Source: Chloroflexota bacterium (GTDB lineage: Bacteria > Chloroflexota > UBA11872). From it: a stretch of DNA of 64,000 nucleotides. Positions 26,258 through 34,144 of this stretch are shown piece after piece (the first letter of the stretch is position 1; every line of letters begins with the position of its first letter). The stretch spans positions 1,974,525-2,038,524 of the forward strand of contig CBDEVI010000002.1 in the NCBI GenBank assembly GCA_965243625.1, written 5' to 3'. Position numbers and translations under genes: made by a program. Below the pieces are notes generated by a model, which did no database searches, was not told the origin of the DNA, and saw nothing but the letters and a program-made list of their open reading frames with translations.

Positions 26258-29200
26258 CGATGGACTCGCCGTCGGGCGGCCAGCCGGAGTTGATCGACAA
26301 CCGGGAGCGCTACTCGCACGGCGAGGCGCTGGAATGGCTGGCGGCCCACTACCCCCTGCCGCTGCGCGCGGCCAGCGGCTACGTGCGCCTGGGCGGGTTG
26401 CACGCGCTGGCCCAGATGCCGGGGCCGGCGGACCGGCCGGTGCGGCTGCTGCTCGGGGCGATGCCCGATCCAGGTCTGGGTGAGGACTCGCCAATCGACG
26501 AAGCGCGGCAGGTGAATCAACTCTTCGAGCGCGCCCTCGAACGTCTGCGACGCGAGCGCGACTTCGACGCCTTCCCACCCAGCCGCCGGCTACAGGCTCT
26601 GGCCGCGGTAGACGACTTTCTGCGGGCGCCGCGGGTGGAGGTGCGCCGCTACGCGCCACGATTCCTGCACGGCAAGACCTACATCCTCAGCAGCGACCCC
26701 CACCACGAGGCCGCGCCGGGGGCGGCGCTGGTGACGTCGGCCAACCTGACAAGGGGAGGGCTTTCCGGAAACTTGGAATTGGGGCTGGCGCGCTATGACC
26801 CGTGGTTGGTACGAGAGGCCGCCAACTGGTTCGACGGGCTTTGGGCGGAGGCCGAGCCGTTCAAGGATGAGCTCCTGGATCTGCTGTTGCCGCCTCCGCA
26901 GGCGCAAGACCCGGAGACTATCTTTCTGCGCGCGCTGCTGGAGCTTTACGGCGACGAGTTCGCGGAGGTTGACCCGCCGCCGGTGACCACGCTGGCCGAG
27001 TTTCAGCGCGACGGCTACGAGCGCGCCCGCTACATCGTCGATGCCTACGGCGGCGTGATCTATGCCGACGGAGTTGGCACGGGCAAGACGTTCATTGGGG
27101 TGGAGTTCGTGCGCGACTACGCGCGCGAGCGCGGCCTCTACACGCTGGTGGTGGCACCGGCGCAGCTGCGCGACACGACCTGGGTACAGGCGCTGCGGGC
27201 GGCCAACCTGCCACATGAGGTGGTGTCCTACCAGGAATTGGCCGCCGACGAGCAACTAGCGGATCCCTCCCACAGGCAACGCCAACGGGTGCTGAGCCTC
27301 AACAAGGACGCCTATCGGCTGATACTCGTGGACGAGGCGCATGCCTTCCGCAACCGCGACACGACTTGGTATGGCGCGCTTCATCGACTGCTCGGCGGCG
27401 AGCCCAAGCACCTGGTGCTACTCACGGCCACGCCGGTCAACAACTCGCTGTGGGACCTGTATCACCAGATCATGCTGTTTGCACGGGCGGAGTCCCGCTT
27501 CGCCGGAGCGCCGCTCCGCGTTCGCGACTTGAAGCAGTTTTTCGTCACGGCGGGCGCCAACGAGCCGGAAAGCGCCTCACACGCGAAGCTGTTCCCGCTG
27601 CTCGATGCAGTGGCGGTACGGCGCGACCGGCGTTTCTTGCAGGAGCGCTACCAAAACGCGGCCTTTCCGGATGGCACCCCGGTGCGCTTTCCCCAGCCAC
27701 GCTTGACCGCTCACCGCTACGACCTGGACGCGGCCTATCCCGGCGTATTCACCGAGATCGTGGCGGCGATCGACAAACTCGAGATGGCGCGCTATCGGCC
27801 CTCGGCCTACTTGCGCGACCAGGCCGAAGAAAGCGCGCACGAGAACGTGTTGGCCGCGCTGATCCAATCTGGACTGTTGAAGCGCTTCGAGTCGTCGGTG
27901 TACGCCGCGCACAAGACCGTCGAGCGGATGGTGGCAGCCCACGAACTGGTACTGCGTGCGCTCACCGAGCACGACCTGGTGCCTGGGCCCGAGCAATTAC
28001 TCGAGCTGCTTGCCGAAGACTCCGATGGCTGGGACACGGCAGAGCTCGAGGACGCCCTGCTGGAGGCTTGCGGAGACGCCTGGGCGGCCACGGACTTCGA
28101 GGACAGCTTCGGCGAGCACCTTGACGCCGACTTGAGCACGCTGCGCCTGCTGCGGGTGCGCCTTTCTGATCTGCTGCAAGTCGAGGATCCCAAGCTGACC
28201 GCGCTGGCCCGCGTGCTGCAAGAAACGCCGGCACGCAAGGTGGTGGTCTTTGCGAGCTACGCGGACACCGTGGCGTACCTGGATGAACAGTTGCGCTCGC
28301 GGCCCGAGATTGGCAACGGGCGGGCAATGGCCGTGATCCACGGCAGCGCCGAGGACGCCGCAACTCGCACGCACATTCTCGAACGCTTCTGCCCCCGTTC
28401 CATGACGGACGACCCGGATTTCAGACCGCGGGATGGCGAGGTCGATCTGCTTCTAAGCACGGACGTGGTGTCCGAAGGTCAGAACCTGCAAGACGCCCAG
28501 GCGGTCGTCTCCTACGACATGCCCTGGAACCCGCAGCGTGTGGTGCAACGTAATGGCCGAGTGATTCGCCTCAAGTCGGACTTCGATGAGGTGTTCCTCG
28601 CCACGCTGCTGCCCGCCGACGGTGCGCTGGAAGAGGAATTGGAGTTGGAGTCCAAACTGCGCGCCAAGATCGCGGCGGCCAACGCCTCTATTGGAATGGA
28701 GTCCGAGGTGCTGGCCGACGCCGGGGCAGAGTCCCGAAACTACGCCGAACTCAAGGCATTCAGCGACCGGCTGGTGGAAGGCGACGCCGACCTGTTGGCC
28801 GAAGGCGAGGGCGGTGAGATCGGCTCGTTCGCGGGCGAGGCATACCGCCACCGGCTCCGGCGCGCTCGCGATGAGGGGCGGTTGGAGGAACTGAGGGGAC
28901 TTCCTTGGGGGATCGGCGCGGCGTTCCGGGCTGCCACCCAGCCTGCCGACGTGAATCTGCCGGGCGTGTTCTTTGCCTGCCGGACACGCGCGGACCGTCG
29001 CTACTGGCGATTCGTGGACGCCGACGGCCGCGTACTGACGACAGACTTGCGGATGCTGCAGCTGGCGGACCCGCACGGCGCCATCGGCGAGCCCGAGCCC
29101 ACGACCATTGACCTGGATGCTGTCTGGCAGGTGGCCGTGAACGACATCTGCACCGAGCACAACGCGCAGCTCGATCCGCAGACCCGCGAGGCGCGCTTGC

Positions 29201-29517
29201 CCGCCAGCCAGCGCTGGGCGCTCCAGGACATCCTGCGCTCGGCCGAGGCGCCGGGCGGGCGAGAATTCGAGCAAGCGCACGACGCGCTGACGGTTGCGCG
29301 CCCGGGAATCGTGCTGCGCGACCTGTCCGCAATCCGCCACCGCCAGCAGGACGGGGAGCTAAGCGTCTCCGAGGCTGCAGAGGAGATTGCTAGTGCGGTT
29401 CAGCGGCACGGGCTAAGGCCGATGCAAGTGCCAGACGAACCGGAATCGGAAATCACTCCGGACGACGTGGGCGTGGTCTGTTATCAGATCGTCCTGCCAC
29501 CGGGCTCTGACGCGTGA
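26254..29517 (+). CDS. PLD-family (HKD) nuclease fused to an SNF2/DEAH superfamily-2 helicase (1087 aa)
   Basis: Start overlaps or abuts the methyltransferase stop (GTGACGATG). PLD motif FLHGKTYILSSD...LVTSANLT. Helicase motif I DGVGTGKTF, motif II LILVDEAHAFRN, SNF2 motif III LLTATPVNNSLWDLY. C-terminal motifs V/VI: STDVVSEGQNLQDAQAVVSYDMPWNPQRVVQRNGRVIRL. Confidence 0.85.
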   Translation: MTMDSPSGGQPELIDNRERYSHGEALEWLAAHYPLPLRAASGYVRLGGLHALAQMPGPADRPVRLLLGAMPDPGLGEDSPIDEARQVNQLFERALERLRRERDFDAFPPSRRLQALAAVDDFLRAPRVEVRRYAPRFLHGKTYILSSDPHHEAAPGAALVTSANLTRGGLSGNLELGLARYDPWLVREAANWFDGLWAEAEPFKDELLDLLLPPPQAQDPETIFLRALLELYGDEFAEVDPPPVTTLAEFQRDGYERARYIVDAYGGVIYADGVGTGKTFIGVEFVRDYARERGLYTLVVAPAQLRDTTWVQALRAANLPHEVVSYQELAADEQLADPSHRQRQRVLSLNKDAYRLILVDEAHAFRNRDTTWYGALHRLLGGEPKHLVLLTATPVNNSLWDLYHQIMLFARAESRFAGAPLRVRDLKQFFVTAGANEPESASHAKLFPLLDAVAVRRDRRFLQERYQNAAFPDGTPVRFPQPRLTAHRYDLDAAYPGVFTEIVAAIDKLEMARYRPSAYLRDQAEESAHENVLAALIQSGLLKRFESSVYAAHKTVERMVAAHELVLRALTEHDLVPGPEQLLELLAEDSDGWDTAELEDALLEACGDAWAATDFEDSFGEHLDADLSTLRLLRVRLSDLLQVEDPKLTALARVLQETPARKVVVFASYADTVAYLDEQLRSRPEIGNGRAMAVIHGSAEDAATRTHILERFCPRSMTDDPDFRPRDGEVDLLLSTDVVSEGQNLQDAQAVVSYDMPWNPQRVVQRNGRVIRLKSDFDEVFLATLLPADGALEEELELESKLRAKIAAANASIGMESEVLADAGAESRNYAELKAFSDRLVEGDADLLAEGEGGEIGSFAGEAYRHRLRRARDEGRLEELRGLPWGIGAAFRAATQPADVNLPGVFFACRTRADRRYWRFVDADGRVLTTDLRMLQLADPHGAIGEPEPTTIDLDAVWQVAVNDICTEHNAQLDPQTREARLPASQRWALQDILRSAEAPGGREFEQAHDALTVARPGIVLRDLSAIRHRQQDGELSVSEAAEEIASAVQRHGLRPMQVPDEPESEITPDDVGVVCYQIVLPPGSDA

Positions 29518-29571
29518 GATCCGAGGAGGTATCGGTCGTCTGCGCGGTGTGATCGAGCGGTCTAGGCGAGG

Positions 29572-30216
29572 CTAGCCAGAGTCCACCCGCGCGGCGAGTT
29601 CGTTCCAGGCGGCTTCGACTCGGGCGACGGCGCTGAGGGTGGCGTAGGTGTCGGGCCACATGGCGTCCACGATGGCTTTGGCGCCGGCGTCGTCACCGGC
29701 TGCCGCCAGCTGCTCGATCTCGGCGGTGCGCGCGGCGTGGCGGGCGGCGGTCCCGCGGGCGAGCCGGGCCAGCTCCCGCGACACCCGGAAGTGCTCAAGG
29801 GCAAGGTCCGCGGTGGAGACGCCGGCGGACGGATCGTGCTCGGCGCGCTCTTCGCTGGTCGAGTGACCGTACTTGGGCGGCAGACGCGACCCGTCCTCGG
29901 CGTACATGGTGTGGGTCGGCTCGACGTGCGGCGTGACCGAGAGATACATGATGACCGGCTCGTCGCCGACGACGCGCACCTGGTGCATCTCGTCGCGACC
30001 CGCGAAGCACAGCTCACCCGGGCCCAGCACCGCGGATTCGCCCTCGATCTCGAACTCGGCGCGGCCCTGCATGATCAGGAAGACCTCGGCGCCCAGGTCG
30101 TGGCTGTGGCGCGTGGCCACGTCGCCCGGCTCGAAGCGCAGAAAGCGCGCGCGGATCTCGGGCGTGATGACGACGTTCTTGATATCGCGGCGATAGTCGA
30201 AGACTTGCAGCGGCAT
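29572..30216 (-). CDS. cupin domain protein
   Basis: FEPGDVATRHSHDLGAEVFLIMQGRAEFEIEGE...GPGELCFAGRDEMHQV is a two-motif cupin. ATG at 30216 with GGAAGGAG RBS. Confidence 0.7.
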   Translation of the reverse strand: MPLQVFDYRRDIKNVVITPEIRARFLRFEPGDVATRHSHDLGAEVFLIMQGRAEFEIEGESAVLGPGELCFAGRDEMHQVRVVGDEPVIMYLSVTPHVEPTHTMYAEDGSRLPPKYGHSTSEERAEHDPSAGVSTADLALEHFRVSRELARLARGTAARHAARTAEIEQLAAAGDDAGAKAIVDAMWPDTYATLSAVARVEAAWNELAARVDSG

Positions 30217-30239
30217 GGCTAAGCGGCTCCTTCCAAGTG

Positions 30240-30340
30240 GAGACCTTTGCAAAATTTTTTGACATCCCGCGCCCCACCTCGGATCACCCTCACCCTAACC
30301 CTCTCCCATCAAGGGAGAGGGGACCGGACGGGCTATCCAG
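30240..30340. repeat. intergenic repeat module CACCCTCACCCTAACCCTCTCCC-ATCAA-GGGAGAGGGGACC
   Basis: CCCTCTCCC/GGGAGAGGG hairpin family. Copies also at 20990, 31560, 32480, 40330 and 40700. Confidence 0.75.
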
Positions 30341-30355
30341 ACTTCAGGGGCCGGG

Positions 30356-31447
30356 TCACGCATGGGCCTCCAGGTGCGCCAGCACGATATCGCGTACCAG
30401 CGCGACGTGCTCGACGGCCTCGCGGCCCGGCGTGAGCGGCTGATCGCCGCGCCTGATGCACGCCGCGAAGTGCTCCAGCTCCAGCTTGAACGGGTTGGCC
30501 TGCCATGAGCGGGTGGTTGTGGCGGGGTGGCCCTCGGCGTCGATCCACTGCACGGTGACGTCGCTCGGCACGCCGCGGCTCCAGCCCGTGGGGAACGAGG
30601 CGATCACGCGATCGCGCGAGCCATAGACCGCCAGCGTCTCCTCGAAGCTGAAAAGCTCCGGCAGGTCGATCCAGCTGCACACGGCCCGCGCGCCGCCGGG
30701 GTACTCCAGCACGGTGGACAGCGCGACGCCGCCGGCCCAGATGTCGGTGCTGACGACGCGGCGCGGACTGCCGAACATGCCGTGAAGGTTGCCGATGTCG
30801 TGGATCATGCTGCCGTTGATGGCCCCGAAGGCGCTGAGCGTGGCGGCGTCGACCCGGTCGCGGCCCAGCGCCTCGGCGACGAGCCGGTCCGACTCTGCGC
30901 GCCCGGCCTCGATCACCTCCCGGGGCAGATCGGACGGCACGTGGTAGTCGAACGTCGCCAGGTGCAGCGCGTTGTCGGGGTGCAGGTGGTTGACCTGGAT
31001 GAAGCGCACGTCGTCGATTGCCGCCACCCGCCGCTGCGCGAACTGGAAGGCCGGGTCATAGCGCTTCATGTAGGCCGCTTGGTAGACGAAGCCGGCGCGG
31101 TCGGCCGCATCCGCCATGGCCTCCGCCTCGGCAACCGTGTAGCAAACGGGCTTTTCGACCAGGATGTGCTTGCCGGCCTCGGCCGCCGCGATAGCGGGCG
31201 GCGCATGCGAGCCGGTGGTGCAGACGATGACCGCGTCGATGTCCGCCCGCTCGACGAGCTCGTGAAAGTCCACGTGCCGTCGCTCCGGCGGCACGCCGTA
31301 GGCGTCGCCGACGTGCGTCAGCAACTCACGCGACAGGTCGCACAGGCCGGCGATCTCGAACTCGTCCTGGAGCTCGACCAGGTGCGGCAAGTGCTGGATC
31401 TGGGCAATCCCGCCACAGCCGATGACGCCGATCCGAATTCTGCTCAC
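30356..31447 (-). CDS. Gfo/Idh/MocA family oxidoreductase
   Basis: IRIGVIGCGGIAQ Rossmann motif plus AVIVCTTGSHAPPAIAAAEAGKHILVEKP. Confidence 0.85.
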   Translation of the reverse strand: MSRIRIGVIGCGGIAQIQHLPHLVELQDEFEIAGLCDLSRELLTHVGDAYGVPPERRHVDFHELVERADIDAVIVCTTGSHAPPAIAAAEAGKHILVEKPVCYTVAEAEAMADAADRAGFVYQAAYMKRYDPAFQFAQRRVAAIDDVRFIQVNHLHPDNALHLATFDYHVPSDLPREVIEAGRAESDRLVAEALGRDRVDAATLSAFGAINGSMIHDIGNLHGMFGSPRRVVSTDIWAGGVALSTVLEYPGGARAVCSWIDLPELFSFEETLAVYGSRDRVIASFPTGWSRGVPSDVTVQWIDAEGHPATTTRSWQANPFKLELEHFAACIRRGDQPLTPGREAVEHVALVRDIVLAHLEAHA

Positions 31448-31489
31448 GGTCCGAAGTGCCTTCGATTTGCGATGCGCACGCCGAGCCTA

Positions 31490-31795
31490 CCGCCTGGTCC
31501 CGCCAGCGGAGACCTCTTCCCAAATGATCGACATGCCATCCGCATCCAATCCTCGAATCACCCTCTCGCTGCCCCTCTCCCGGCGAAGACCATTGCAGAA
31601 TCCAACAGGGCTTGGGAATGACCCGGCCCATCCTGTCCGCCCTCAGATTCAATGAAGGGTGGATTCCCGCCTTCGCGGGAATGACGAAGGGTTACGCAGG
31701 GGTCTCCCTTCGCGGGGAAAGGCTGCGCGGGAATGACGGACTCAAGGTTGCCCACTACCCGCTGGACGGCCCTGCCTTACTTATTTTAAGCTCTG
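31490..31795. repeat. full-length composite REP/MITE-like element (about 250 bp), copy 1 of 3 near-identical units
   Basis: Ordered modules: CCCTCTCC hairpin, CATTGCAGAATCC, GGGCTTGGGAATGACCCGG, CCATCCTGTCCGCCC, TTCAATGAAGGGTGGATTCCCGCCTTCGCGGGAATGACGAAGGGTTACGCAGG. Same order at 32440-32650 and 33940-34140. Confidence 0.8.
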
Positions 31796-31811
31796 CGTAA
31801 GGAGGTCCCTC

Positions 31812-32057
31812 ATGCTCGTGAAGATCACGTCCAAGCGCCAGGTCACCTTCCCCAAGCATGTGCTGGACGAATTGGGGGTGGGGCCCGGCGACCGGCTCGA
31901 GCTGCGCGAGGGTCCCGATGGCTACATCCTGAAGCCCAGGCGCATCGACTATTCCAAGCTGGGAACGCTGAGGGACAAGATAAAGCCCGGCACTCCGCCG
32001 TTCGACATCCGTAAGTTCCGGGACGAAGGATATGATCCGGACAAGTATCGGGATTGA
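31812..32057 (+). CDS. AbrB/MazE/SpoVT-type antitoxin (VapB-like)
   Basis: AAGGAGG RBS. MLVKITSKRQVTFPKHVLDELGV swapped-hairpin beta-barrel signature. Overlaps the downstream PIN gene. Confidence 0.7.
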   Translation: MLVKITSKRQVTFPKHVLDELGVGPGDRLELREGPDGYILKPRRIDYSKLGTLRDKIKPGTPPFDIRKFRDEGYDPDKYRD

Positions 32058-32436
32058 CACCTCGATTCTCGTCCGGTTGGTCACCGGCCAGCCTCCCGAC
32101 CTGTTTACCCTCTGCGTCGAAAGACTCAGCGCCCTCTGCGCGGCGGACGCCGAGATTCTCGCGTCAAATCAGGTGATTGGAGAGGCCTACGTCACCCTTC
32201 AACGTCACTATGGAATCTCGAAGGAGGACGCCCGTGACGAGCTTCACACCACCCTCACCAGCGGTCTGGTCGCCCCACTGAGCGGGCGCGTCGTACTGGA
32301 CGCCCTCGCGGCGACCAGTAACCCCGGCCTGTTCGACCGCCTGATCGCCATCGACTACGAGCGGGCCGGGATGGACACGCTCACCTTGGACAGGCGCATG
32401 GCTTCCCTCCGCCACGTGCGCCTCGTCGCAGAGTGA
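32032..32436 (+). CDS. PIN-domain ribonuclease toxin (VapC-like)
   Basis: N-terminal IGIDTSILV (first PIN acidic residue) and the partner position overlapping an AbrB-type antitoxin by 26 nt. Size 134 aa. Confidence 0.65.
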   Translation: MIRTSIGIDTSILVRLVTGQPPDLFTLCVERLSALCAADAEILASNQVIGEAYVTLQRHYGISKEDARDELHTTLTSGLVAPLSGRVVLDALAATSNPGLFDRLIAIDYERAGMDTLTLDRRMASLRHVRLVAE

Positions 32437-32439
32437 GCG

Positions 32440-32650
32440 ACTGACCGAGCCGCGACATTTCATCCAGGCCCAATGCTCGGATCGCCCTCTCCCTAACCCT
32501 CTCCCAGAGGAGACTTTTGCGAAATCCGGCCGGGCTTGGGGATGACCGGTCGCATCCTGTCCGCCCCCAGGTTCAATGAAGGGTGGATTCTCGCCTTCGC
32601 GGGAATGACGAAGGGTTACGCAAGGGTCTCCAGAGGGAGACGGGATCGGG
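32440..32650. repeat. full-length composite REP/MITE-like element, copy 2
   Basis: Same module order as 31490-31795. Together the two copies bracket the vapBC pair. Confidence 0.8.
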
Positions 32651-32735
32651 CCAAGGACAGTCCTGGCGCAGGCGTCCGGTATTCTCGCCGGGCTCGCCGG
32701 ATGGCGACATCGGTTGGTGCGAGAGGACGGACGGG

Positions 32736-33866
32736 GTGTCCCAGGGACTGGCGGCGAACGAGGGCGACATCCTGCTGCTGGTGGGGACGCGGAAGGGTGC
32801 GTTTTTCCTCTCCTCTGACAGGTCGCGCAAGGAATGGTCCGTCTCCGGCCCGCATCACGCGGGTTCGGACGTGTTCCACCTGTCCTACGACGCGAGGGAC
32901 GGGGGCACGGTCTTCGTCGCCATCAACAGCCCGATTTGGGGGGCGGAGATCCAGCGCAGCCGGGACCTGGGCGCCACGTGGGAGGCGGCGACGCGAAACC
33001 CGAGCTTTGGGGAGGGACGCAAGGACTCGGTCGAGAAGGTCTGGCACGTGGCGCCGGGCCGGTCGAGTGAGCCGGGCGTGGTCTATGCCGGAGTTTCCCC
33101 GGCGGCCCTCTTCAAGAGCGAGGACGGCGGCGACACGTGGGCTGAAGTCGAGTCGCTGACCGACCATCCGACCCACGAACGGTGGGAGCCGGGATTCGGC
33201 GGACTATGCCTGCACAGCATGGTGCTGGACCCGGCCAACGACGACCGACAGTGGGTGGCCATTTCGGCCGTCGGCGTGTTCGGCACCACCGACGGCGGCG
33301 CGACGTGGTCGACGATGAACGCCGGCGTGCGCGCGGACTTCGCGCCGGATCCGTTCCCCGAGTTCGGGCAGTGTCCGCACAAGCTGCTGGGACATCCGGC
33401 CATGCCCGAGCGGCTGTATCAGCAGAACCACTGCGGCGTCTTTCGCAGCGACGACGGCGGGCGGCAATGGATCGACGTGAGCGACGGACTGCCCTCGCGT
33501 TTCGGCTTCGTGCTGGGCATCCACGCCGCCGATCCCGACACCATCTTTGTCGTGCCCGAGGACAAGGCACTGGACGGCGAGGTCGGCGGTTTCGTGCGCT
33601 ATGTGACCGACGCAAAGTTCCGGGTCTACCGCAGCCGCAATGCCGGGGCCGACTGGGAGCCGCTGACCAACGGCCTGCCCCAGCAAGACGCCTATGTGCA
33701 CCTCATGCGCGAGGGCATGGCGACCGACCCGTTGGACAACTGCGGCATCTACCTCGGCACGACGACCGGACAGATATTCGCGAGCCGCGACGAGGGGGAC
33801 AGCTGGGAGCTCCTGGTCGACTACCTGCCGCCGATCAACTCGGTGGACTGCGCGGTGGTGGTTTAG
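32736..33866 (+). CDS. BNR/Asp-box repeat protein (Ycf48-like / sialidase-like beta-propeller)
   Basis: Asp-boxes SEDGGDTW, TTDGGATW, SDDGGRQW, SRNAGADW, SRDEGDSW. The ORF is open from 32583, but its 5' part lies in the repeat element. An in-frame GTG at 32736 is preferred as start. Confidence 0.65.
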   Translation: MSQGLAANEGDILLLVGTRKGAFFLSSDRSRKEWSVSGPHHAGSDVFHLSYDARDGGTVFVAINSPIWGAEIQRSRDLGATWEAATRNPSFGEGRKDSVEKVWHVAPGRSSEPGVVYAGVSPAALFKSEDGGDTWAEVESLTDHPTHERWEPGFGGLCLHSMVLDPANDDRQWVAISAVGVFGTTDGGATWSTMNAGVRADFAPDPFPEFGQCPHKLLGHPAMPERLYQQNHCGVFRSDDGGRQWIDVSDGLPSRFGFVLGIHAADPDTIFVVPEDKALDGEVGGFVRYVTDAKFRVYRSRNAGADWEPLTNGLPQQDAYVHLMREGMATDPLDNCGIYLGTTTGQIFASRDEGDSWELLVDYLPPINSVDCAVVV

Positions 33867-33939
33867 CGAACGTCTCCACCACTCCACGCACTGGTGGAGA
33901 CCTCCGAAATCGCGCGGTGGTCAGACAAGCTCCATCAGG

Positions 33940-34140
33940 AACGCCAGCCGTTGACTCCCGTCCCGACCTTCCCGCTTCCAGGTGACCTTTGCAGAGTCCA
34001 GCCGAGCTTGGGGAAGACCGGGCGCGTCCTGCCCGCGCCCAGGTTCAATGAAGGGTGGATTCCCGCCTTCGCGGGAATGACGAAGGGTCTTCCTTCAGGG
34101 GAAAGGGGGCTGATCAGAGGCTTTCTCGCGCGGGAAGCCT
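33940..34140. repeat. full-length composite REP/MITE-like element, copy 3
   Basis: Same module order as copies 1 and 2. Confidence 0.8.
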
Positions 34141-34144
34141 CGGC

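Noticed and set aside
22418-26659. Multiple 100-250-aa ORFs inside the methyltransferase gene on other frames or the other strand (for example 22418-23140, 23156-23890, 25489-26040, 25934-26659)
   Set aside because: They are nested in a 1371-aa gene with continuous methyltransferase motifs and have no independent support.
26590-29340. Nested ORFs within the helicase gene (26590-27255, 27366-28124, 28453-29340, 28760-29332)
   Set aside because: The same-strand alternate frames are Arg-rich, and the antisense frames are GC-driven. The helicase motifs fall in the main frame.
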